Source: Dehalobacterium sp.
GTDB lineage: Bacteria; Bacillota; Dehalobacteriia; Dehalobacteriales; Dehalobacteriaceae
DNA length: 64,000 nt
NCBI GenBank assembly: GCA_040766325.1
Contig: JAXGQR010000009.1
Span: 65,495 to 129,494 of the forward strand
Reading direction: 5' to 3'
This document shows, in pieces, positions 48,921 to 56,393 of this stretch (positions are counted from its first letter, which is position 1; each line of letters begins with the position of its first letter). Made by a program: the position numbers and the translations under genes. Below the pieces are notes generated by a model, which ran no database searches, was not told the origin of the DNA, and saw nothing but the letters and a program-made list of their open reading frames with translations.

Positions 48921-50402
48921 TTAAACTTGAGAATGTTCATAAATCAAATCGTTTTTCAGCTTCCACAGATCTCTTGAGAGATTCACGTAATATTCATGGG
49001 GGTTTTCAAAGCGGAGAATCTCCGGCCAAAGGGTGTCCACCATCCGTGCGCAGTAAGCCTGAATCTCCTTAACTGTCGGCAGGTGATAGATGAGTTTTCC
49101 TCGGTCAAAGATCTGTACCATCATTTCTTGCCCATGAAAATTTTCCACTTTTCTTTTCTTCCAGGGAAATAAGGGATTAAATATTTCAAAAGGCTCCGAA
49201 TTATCAATGGTTTCATCTTCTAAGGTAATGATATCGGCAATTCCTTTACCCGTTTCATTATCATACAAGCGGAAAAGTTTTTTCGCACCGGGATCGGTAA
49301 TCTTGCCTACATTATTGCTGATCTTCATTTTAGGAATGATGTGCCCGTTTTGCTCCACCGCACTCAATTTATATACTCCGCCAAAGACCGGGTCCGATTT
49401 TGCAGTAATCAGGCGTTCTCCCACGCCAAAGATATCAATAGGTGCATCCAAAAGAAGAAGTTCCCGAATAATGTCTTCATCCAAAGAACTGGAAACCATA
49501 ATTTTACAATCGGTAAGGCCGGCCTGATCTAGTTCCCGACGCACCATTTTGGCCAAATAGGAAAAGTCGCCGCTGTCAATGCGCACGGCCTTCAAACGAT
49601 AACCATGAGGGTTTAGCTCCTCCTGGGCCACTTTAATGGCATTAGGCAAGCCTGATTTTAAAACATTGTACGTATCAATTAAAAAAACACAGTTTTTGGG
49701 GTAGGTTCTGGCATAAGCCTGAAAAGCTTCCAGTTCCGAGGGAAATAGCTGCACCCAGCTATGAGCCATGGTCCCCGATGCAGGGATGTCAAACTTGTGA
49801 GCAGCTAAGGTACAAGAGGTCCCCACCGCACCGCCGATAAATGCTGCTCGGGCTCCGTAAATAGCTGCGTCCCCTCCTTGGGCTCTGCGTGCACCAAATT
49901 CTACAATGTTGTGCCCGGAAGCAGCACGTACGATACGATTAGTTTTGGTGGCAATTAAGCTTTGATGGTTGATAATTAAAAGAAGCATGGTTTCGATAAA
50001 TTGAGCTTGAATCACGGGACCACGCACTTTAACAATAGGCTCATTGGGGAAAACTGGGGTACCTTCCGGTACTGCCCAAACATCACAAACGAACTGGAAA
50101 TTTTTTAAATAATCCAGAAATCTTTCCGAGAAGATACCTTGAGCACGCAAATAAGCAAGATCTTCTTCTGTAAATTTTAGATTGTCCAAGTAATCTATCA
50201 ACTGCTCTAAGCCTGCAGCGATGGCAAATCCTCCGTTATCCGGCACCTTGCGGAAAAACATATCAAAATAGGCAATCTGATCAGCCAAGCCGTTTTCTAA
50301 ATAACCATTGGCCATGGTAATCTCATAGAAATCCGTGAGCAGTGTTCGCTTCCGGCATGAGCTGTCTTTTTGCCTGAAATCATGTAAATCTGAATTGGTC
50401 AT
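48921..50402 (-). CDS. pncB: nicotinate phosphoribosyltransferase
   Basis: 493 aa with LLTDFYEITMANGY and SGTMAHSWV. Confidence 0.9.
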   Translation of the reverse strand: MTNSDLHDFRQKDSSCRKRTLLTDFYEITMANGYLENGLADQIAYFDMFFRKVPDNGGFAIAAGLEQLIDYLDNLKFTEEDLAYLRAQGIFSERFLDYLKNFQFVCDVWAVPEGTPVFPNEPIVKVRGPVIQAQFIETMLLLIINHQSLIATKTNRIVRAASGHNIVEFGARRAQGGDAAIYGARAAFIGGAVGTSCTLAAHKFDIPASGTMAHSWVQLFPSELEAFQAYARTYPKNCVFLIDTYNVLKSGLPNAIKVAQEELNPHGYRLKAVRIDSGDFSYLAKMVRRELDQAGLTDCKIMVSSSLDEDIIRELLLLDAPIDIFGVGERLITAKSDPVFGGVYKLSAVEQNGHIIPKMKISNNVGKITDPGAKKLFRLYDNETGKGIADIITLEDETIDNSEPFEIFNPLFPWKKRKVENFHGQEMMVQIFDRGKLIYHLPTVKEIQAYCARMVDTLWPEILRFENPHEYYVNLSRDLWKLKNDLIYEHSQV

Positions 50403-50598
50403 AACCTACCTCCAACAACACTTTTTCTGATTTTACCACATATCCGGTTAGATAAGCAAAATTTTCTAGTTATTTCTTCAGAATTCTCAAAACATAATTC
50501 TTGGAAAAACCCCTTTAAGGAAACTCACAAAAATGAACCCTATTAGCATTCGGCAAAGGAAAACAATGTCCTGCATCAAGCACCCAGCACTAATAAGC

Positions 50599-50646
50599 AA
50601 AAAAGATCCTCATCAACCCATACCCTGAGGCATGTTGACAAGGATC
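50599..50646 (-). terminator. terminator after the alkD-like gene
   Basis: GATCCTTGTCAAC-N16-GTTGATGAGGATC followed by UUUUUU on the minus strand. Confidence 0.65.
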
Positions 50647-50654
50647 ATGGCTTT

Positions 50655-51368
50655 TTAGATTAGCCCTTTTAAAAACCTTTGACGCAGTTCAGGTTCAAAT
50701 TTTTCAATGGCATAACGGAGCATGGTCCGAGGCATATCCTGATAATGATCAGTTAAGAAATCAACGGCCGTCACAAAATCTCGTTTGCCCACTTCCCTTA
50801 ACATCCATCCTACTGCTTTGTGGATGAGATCATGAGGATGATCTAAGAAGATTTTTGCTAGGGCTAAAGTATCCTGAAAGGAGTTATTCTTAATGAAATA
50901 AAAGGTGGCAATGATTGCCGTTCTTTGTTTCCAAAGTTCCTGGGACCGAGCAAGATCATATAATATTTTCTTATCTTTGTGCAAGAGATAAGAACCGAGA
51001 ATTTTATCCGCAGAGGCGTCCACCAGATCCCAATTATTAACAAAGGGTAAGTGCTTCAGATAAAAATCCACCAACTCTTTGTGCTTTTCTTCCTCCCGGG
51101 CTTGGGCATATTTTTCAACCAAAATCAAAAGGGCCGTCATACGGTATTCGTGAATCGGGTCCTTTAACAAGGTTCCCAGCTCTTTTAAGCTAATCTCTTG
51201 ATAATATTTTCGGGCTACTTTCCTTTGATGGGGCACGGTAACGCCAATAAATACATCCCCTTCCCCATATTCACCGGCTCCGGTTTTGAAAAATCGGGGA
51301 TAAAATGAGGCCTTTTCAGGATTGATATATTGATTTAACTCAGCTTTAATCTTTTGGCAAATACTCAT
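50655..51368 (-). CDS. DNA alkylation repair protein (AlkD-like HEAT-repeat)
   Basis: 237 aa with YMKTG-type blocks (FFKTGAGEYGEGDVFIGV, NNWDLVD, AVGWMLRE). Confidence 0.75.
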   Translation of the reverse strand: MSICQKIKAELNQYINPEKASFYPRFFKTGAGEYGEGDVFIGVTVPHQRKVARKYYQEISLKELGTLLKDPIHEYRMTALLILVEKYAQAREEEKHKELVDFYLKHLPFVNNWDLVDASADKILGSYLLHKDKKILYDLARSQELWKQRTAIIATFYFIKNNSFQDTLALAKIFLDHPHDLIHKAVGWMLREVGKRDFVTAVDFLTDHYQDMPRTMLRYAIEKFEPELRQRFLKGLI

Positions 51369-51460
51369 AATCTCACCTCACAAGATCTCTTGATGGTGTC
51401 AAGGTGCGTATGTGTTTAAGTACCTTTAAAAGAAGTCCCATTCACTCAAGTCTTCATGGT

Positions 51461-53992
51461 TCAAACGGAAACACACTCATTGTTGGAACGCAATTTAAGT
51501 TTCTCCACTGCTTGCTCCCGCATTTTATATTTCATAATTTTCCCTGCCGCATTCATGGGAAATTCTGTAACAAATTCTACATAGCGAGGCGTTTTATGTT
51601 TGGCCAGATGAGATCGGATATATTCTTTAAGTTCATCGGCGGTAAGGTTTTCCCCTTCCTTGAGAATCACACAGGCCATAATCTCTTCACCATAATCTTT
51701 GTCCGGCACCCCGATTACTTGCACATCCCTCACCTGGGGATGAGTATAAATAAAATCCTCAATCTCTTTGGGATAGATATTCTCCCCACCCCGAATGATC
51801 ATATCCTTGATCCGTCCGGTAATTTTATAGTAACCATTCTCATCCCGGCGGGCAAGATCACCGGTATGCAGCCATCCGTCTTCATCGATGGCGGCTTTCG
51901 TAGCTTCAGGCATTTTGTAATAACCTTTCATGATATTGTAGCCGCGGGCGACAAATTCCCCATCCACATTATCCGGCAAATCCTCTCCCGTCTCAGGATC
52001 AACAATCTTGCACTCTACCCCGGGCAAAGCTCGCCCCACAGTGTTAACACGCAGTTCAATGGAATCATCCACCCGGCTTTGGGTACATCCCGGGGAAGAC
52101 TCCGTTTGACCAAAAACAATGGTGATCTCCTTCATATTCATCTTATCTACCACATCCTGCATCACCTTAACAGGACAAGGACTTCCGGCCATGATGCCTG
52201 TTCTCATATGGGAGAAATCGGTCTTGGCAAAATCCTCATGTCCCATCATCGCAATAAACATCGTGGGCACCCCATGACAGCTGGTAATTTTCTCTTTATT
52301 GATGCATTCCAGAGCTAGCTTGGGCGAAAAAGCCGGGATGGGACAAATGGTCGTCCCATGGGTCATAGCCGCAGTCATGGCCAAAACCATACCAAAGCAA
52401 TGGAACATGGGTACATGAAGCAGCAAACGGTCCGCTGTGGAAAGATCCATGCAATCACCAATCGTTTTACCGTTATTCACCACATTATAGTGGGTAAGCA
52501 TAACCCCTTTGGGAAAACCGGTTGTGCCGGAGGTATACTGCATGTTGCAAACATCATTTCTATGAATGGCCTGGGCATAACGGTGTACAGTATCCTGAGA
52601 TACATTTTCCGCGAGGGCAATGGCTTCATCCCAAGACAGACAGCCCTTTTGCTTGGACTCAATAGTGACAATATTGCGTAGGAAAGGCAGCCTTTTTAAA
52701 TGTAAGGGTTCTCCGGGCCGGGCATTTTCCAGCTCCGGACACAGTTCTTTGATGATTCCCACATAATCCGAATCCTTATGGCCATCGATCATAACCAAAG
52801 TATGGGTATCGGACTGGCGCAATAAATACTCCGCTTCATAAATCTTATAAGCCGTGTTGACGGTAACAAGAACTGCTCCGATTTTAGTGGTGGCCCAAAA
52901 GGTAATAAACCATTGAGGTACATTCGTGGCCCAAATGGCTACATGATCCCCCGGTCGCACCCCCATAGCAATTAAAGATCTGGCAAAGGTATCCACATCA
53001 TCCCTGAATTGAGCATAAGTTCTCGTATAATCCAAGGTGGTATAGCGAAATGCGTATTGATGGGGGAATTCTTCTACCATCCGATCCAAAACCTGCGGGA
53101 AGGTTAGATCAATCAAGGCGTCCTTCTGCCAAACATATTTCCCGGTTTTGGCATTGTTATCGAAGAGATGACTTTTTTTTATATCCTTTTCCCGAAAACG
53201 GTTCATATAGTTGGCAAAATTGGGGAAAACAACTCCGGCATCACTTAGCTCAGGGGCCCAACGTTTAACCCATTCCAAAGATACATAACCTTCATAATTA
53301 ATGGAACGTAGAGCTAAAAGCATGTCTTCGATAGGCATATCCCCCTCTCCCATCATACGATAGGAAATCTTGCCATTCTCCACTACAGAATCTTTGGTGT
53401 GTACGTATTTGATATAAGCACCTAGGTTCTGTACCGTTTTTTCCGGTTCTTCTCCGGCAAAGCGATAGGGATGATGCATATCCCAAAGCGCAGCCACCGC
53501 ATCGCTGGCTGCATCATCAAGTAGTTTGCACAAACGGGAGGTATCTGTATAGACACCGTTGGTTTCAACCAACAAAGTGACGCCTTTTTCTTCCGCAAAG
53601 GGGATCAGGGCCCGTAGAGCATCAAGGACAACCTGATCGTCCACTTCTCCGGTAACGTGAGGTTCCAGATCGGCAAGAATCCGAATATAAGGAGTGCCCA
53701 GCTTAGCCGCCAGTTCAATATATTGTAAAATCTCTTCATGGTTTTGTTGGGCCTTTTCTTTAAATCTTAAACAACATCCCGAAGAAATACAAGGAATCTC
53801 CAGTTGTAAATCGGCAAGTTTTTTTACCGTTTGCGGTATCTGATCATCTGTAAAGGGTTGAGCACGCACGGCAAAAATCTCGTTACCCAAGCCGCGAATT
53901 TCAATGCCGTTAAAACCAACGTCCTTAGCCATAGAATAAATATCTGTCCAACTAAAATCAGGACAACCCAGTGTTGAAAAAGCAATTTTCAT
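51461..53992 (-). CDS. fusion protein: N-terminal xylose-isomerase-like TIM barrel (sugar phosphate isomerase/epimerase family) plus C-terminal AMP-forming acyl-CoA synthetase
   Basis: Residues 1 to about 280 are an AP_endonuc_2-type TIM barrel (MKIAFSTLGCPDFSW...). Residues from about 290 to 843 are an adenylate-forming enzyme (YTSGTTGFPKGV, GYNIMKGYY, TGDLARRDENGYYKITGRIKD, GKIMKY). Confidence 0.8.
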   Translation of the reverse strand: MKIAFSTLGCPDFSWTDIYSMAKDVGFNGIEIRGLGNEIFAVRAQPFTDDQIPQTVKKLADLQLEIPCISSGCCLRFKEKAQQNHEEILQYIELAAKLGTPYIRILADLEPHVTGEVDDQVVLDALRALIPFAEEKGVTLLVETNGVYTDTSRLCKLLDDAASDAVAALWDMHHPYRFAGEEPEKTVQNLGAYIKYVHTKDSVVENGKISYRMMGEGDMPIEDMLLALRSINYEGYVSLEWVKRWAPELSDAGVVFPNFANYMNRFREKDIKKSHLFDNNAKTGKYVWQKDALIDLTFPQVLDRMVEEFPHQYAFRYTTLDYTRTYAQFRDDVDTFARSLIAMGVRPGDHVAIWATNVPQWFITFWATTKIGAVLVTVNTAYKIYEAEYLLRQSDTHTLVMIDGHKDSDYVGIIKELCPELENARPGEPLHLKRLPFLRNIVTIESKQKGCLSWDEAIALAENVSQDTVHRYAQAIHRNDVCNMQYTSGTTGFPKGVMLTHYNVVNNGKTIGDCMDLSTADRLLLHVPMFHCFGMVLAMTAAMTHGTTICPIPAFSPKLALECINKEKITSCHGVPTMFIAMMGHEDFAKTDFSHMRTGIMAGSPCPVKVMQDVVDKMNMKEITIVFGQTESSPGCTQSRVDDSIELRVNTVGRALPGVECKIVDPETGEDLPDNVDGEFVARGYNIMKGYYKMPEATKAAIDEDGWLHTGDLARRDENGYYKITGRIKDMIIRGGENIYPKEIEDFIYTHPQVRDVQVIGVPDKDYGEEIMACVILKEGENLTADELKEYIRSHLAKHKTPRYVEFVTEFPMNAAGKIMKYKMREQAVEKLKLRSNNECVSV

Positions 53993-54050
53993 TTTATATT
54001 TTCCTCCTTCAGTCTCAATGTTAAAAATAGTTCACATGTCCGGTGTAAAT

Positions 54051-54340
54051 AAAAAAAGCCTTCATCTCAAAACAACTTGTTTGAGACGAAAGCTTTAACT
54101 TCCGCGGTACCACTCTTTTTGGTATAAAAATACCCACTCTGAGGCATCAGTCAAAATAACGAATGCCCTCTCATGATAACGGTGAGAATCCCGTTCATAC
54201 CTACTTGCTTTCCGCCGAAAAGCAGAAAACTTTCAGCTGACTGCTCAAGGGCGAGTTCACTGATTGCTCCGGGCACTGTTTTTCAGCAAACAACAGCTCT
54301 CTGAAGCCACGTTCCGCATCGTGTTTTCCCTGTCATAGCA
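54051..54340 (-). promoter_or_regulatory. T-box leader, specifier CUC (Leu), with terminator/antiterminator
   Basis: On the minus strand the elements are: a K-turn UGCUAUGACAGGG paired to CCCUUGAGCA; an AGAGAG bulge; a GCUGAAAA distal loop; specifier loop GUGAA-CUC-G directly abutting the lower stem (CUC at 54253-54255); T-box GAGUGGUACCGCGG (54102-54116); terminator AGCUUUCGUCUCAAA-N7-UUUGAGAUGAAGGCU followed by U7. Confidence 0.85.
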
Positions 54341-54358
54341 TTTAACCGATTGGAACTT

Positions 54359-54387
54359 AATTTATCAAATTTTATTCATCTTGTCAA
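54359..54387 (-). promoter_or_regulatory. sigmaA-type promoter of the T-box transcript
   Basis: TTGACA, a 17-nt spacer, then TAAATT on the minus strand. Confidence 0.45.
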
Positions 54388-54491
54388 TAGATTAACTAAT
54401 TTTTATCAATTTTTTGTTGTTAGCTTCTTGGGAGATTTTCCGTTAACCATGAGGCTTGAAGATAGAATCATGACTCTTTTGAGCATGTTTC

Positions 54492-54520
54492 TTGCATTTA
54501 TTTTCTTTTCATGTTATAAT
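54492..54520 (+). promoter_or_regulatory. sigmaA-type promoter of the riboswitch-eam transcript
   Basis: TTGCAT, a 17-nt spacer, then TATAAT. Confidence 0.55.
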
Positions 54521-54591
54521 TATAAAACAAATTTCACAAATTCTTTTCTGGTAATCATCAATTCACTTCACAAAATCATATCAATCCTCAT

Positions 54592-54699
54592 TCGCTGAGT
54601 TCTTGAAAAAGAAACGGGGGAACCATCACTGGGGTGAATCCTCATTAAGAGGTAGGGCGACACTTTTAGCCCGAATCCGTCAGCTAACTTCGTAAGCGT
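54592..54699 (+). promoter_or_regulatory. c-di-AMP riboswitch (ydaO-yuaA class), copy 2
   Basis: ACGGGGGAACC, CUGGGGUGAAUC, GUAGGGCG and CCGAAUCCGUCAGCUAACUUCGUAAGCG, collinear with copy 1. Confidence 0.85.
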
Positions 54700-54750
54700 A
54701 GAAAGGGAGGAGTTAAAGGATAGTATTGCTATCTTTAGATTACCCTTTTT

Positions 54751-54785
54751 GCTTCGGTCTTGGCTGCCGAAGCATTTATTTTTTC
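54751..54785 (+). terminator. intrinsic terminator (expression platform of riboswitch copy 2)
   Basis: GCTTCGG-N9-CCGAAGC followed by ATTTATTTTTT. Confidence 0.7.
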
Positions 54786-54886
54786 TTTCAATTGGTTTAT
54801 TATGGTGCTTATGTTTGGAAAAGGATTCAATTGATTTATTTTGATAAACTTTTTTATCAATAATTGTTATGAAGGAGGCGTTTCAT

Positions 54887-56221
54887 GTGTTAATCGAAAG
54901 TACAAAGCAACGTGAATTTAGTTTACGGGAAAAAAGGGAAATATCTTTGGAACGTGCAGCTGAACTTAAGCATAAGATTGATGATTATCTAGAAAAAAAA
55001 CCTCTCATTAAGACCGGTTTCGAAATGTCGGAAATCTTAGCTAGCAATAAAGAAAAAATTCTGGCTTACTTCAAGGCTACAGAAGAAGACTGGAATAATT
55101 GGCATTGGCAAATGTCCCATCGCATAACTGATGTGCATGTTTTGTCCCAAATCATGGGCATTGATAAAGAACGTCTATCGGGGATCGAACAAGTCGGCGA
55201 GCAGTATCGTTGGGCGATTTCTCCATATTATGTTTCCCTGATCAGACCATTTTCACTTGAGGATCCTATCATGCGCCAGTCAGTGCCCTCTGTTGAGGAA
55301 TTAGATGAATTAGGCGAAGATGACCCCATGGCTGAAGAGTTTACTTCACCGGCACCTTGTATTACCCGGCGTTATCCGGATCGCTTGATCATTAACGTCA
55401 CCAATCAGTGCGGCATGTATTGTCGTCATTGTCAAAGACGCCGCAATATCGGTGAGGTGGATAAAAACCAGACCAAGGCCAACCTGCAGGCAGCTTTGGA
55501 CTATATCAGAAAAAATCATGAAATTCGCGATGTATTAATCACCGGTGGTGACGCTTTGCTCTTAAGCGATAGCCAATTAGACTGGCTCCTTTCTGAGCTG
55601 GATCAGATGAGTCATGTGGAGATCAAACGCATCGGCACCCGCACCCCGGTAACATTGCCTCAGCGCATTACACCGGAACTATGCGCCGTGCTTAAGAAAT
55701 ATCCTCCAATCTATATCAATACCCAGTTTAACCATCCCCGAGAAATCACTCCGGAAAGTAAGCGTGCCTGTGATCTGCTGGTAGAAGCAGGCGTGATATT
55801 AGGAAACCAGGCAGTTCTTCTGAAAGGCATTAACAATGATCCTCATATTATGAAAAAAATGAATCAAGAATTGTTAAAAATCAGAGTGCGACCCTATTAT
55901 ATCTTTCATGCCAAAGCCGTAAAAGGCACAAAACATTTTATTACTACGGTAGATGAAGGGTTGGAAATTATCAAAAAATTACGGGGATTCACTTCCGGCC
56001 TGGCAGTGCCCACTTATATTATTAATAGCCCTTATGGTTACGGAAAAATACCCCTCTTACCCACCTATGTCCAGAAATACAACGGATATCGGGTTCGTCT
56101 GCGCAATTGGGAAAACCGAGAAAATGAATACCCCTTCTTCCCGAAGCAGAATACAAACACAGAATTAAACCGCCGCAACATGATCATGTTAGCGTTTTTA
56201 AAAATCATGATAAAAATATAA
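54887..56221 (+). CDS. eam: glutamate 2,3-aminomutase (KamA-family radical SAM/PLP enzyme)
   Basis: CxxxCxxC site CRHCQRRR. Collinear blocks ISLERAAELKHKIDDY, EEDWNNWHWQ, CITRRYPDRLIINVTN. Lys and Asn replace the two lysine-binding Asp residues of lysine 2,3-aminomutase (YIFHAKAVKGTKHF and YIINSPYGYGK). The GTG at 54887 sits 8 nt after AAGGAGG; the ORF-track ATG at 54869 contains the SD itself. Confidence 0.8.
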   Translation: MLIESTKQREFSLREKREISLERAAELKHKIDDYLEKKPLIKTGFEMSEILASNKEKILAYFKATEEDWNNWHWQMSHRITDVHVLSQIMGIDKERLSGIEQVGEQYRWAISPYYVSLIRPFSLEDPIMRQSVPSVEELDELGEDDPMAEEFTSPAPCITRRYPDRLIINVTNQCGMYCRHCQRRRNIGEVDKNQTKANLQAALDYIRKNHEIRDVLITGGDALLLSDSQLDWLLSELDQMSHVEIKRIGTRTPVTLPQRITPELCAVLKKYPPIYINTQFNHPREITPESKRACDLLVEAGVILGNQAVLLKGINNDPHIMKKMNQELLKIRVRPYYIFHAKAVKGTKHFITTVDEGLEIIKKLRGFTSGLAVPTYIINSPYGYGKIPLLPTYVQKYNGYRVRLRNWENRENEYPFFPKQNTNTELNRRNMIMLAFLKIMIKI

Positions 56222-56393
56222 CAAGGAGGTTGGGTATTAATGTATGCAGTATTTTAATTTTGTTCTATTTGATGTTTAGGGTTAGGAATATACTCCTTTG
56301 TTTTATTTGTTAAATTAGCTACAAGAGGCATCACGGCTTTGGATATCTATATTGAAAAAAACAGGCATAGTTAATTTTATTATTTAAAACGCA

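Noticed and set aside
51404-52318. 304-aa plus-strand ORF
   Set aside because: It is entirely antisense to the well-supported acyl-CoA synthetase domain. It is low-complexity and His/Phe/Ile-rich, with no SD and no recognisable motif, typical of a shadow ORF.
54869-56221. Calling the KamA-family ORF lysine 2,3-aminomutase (kamA/ablA)
   Set aside because: The two Asp residues that bind the lysine side chain are replaced by Lys and Asn. The N-terminal region also matches the glutamate 2,3-aminomutase pattern as I recall it. The ORF is therefore called eam.
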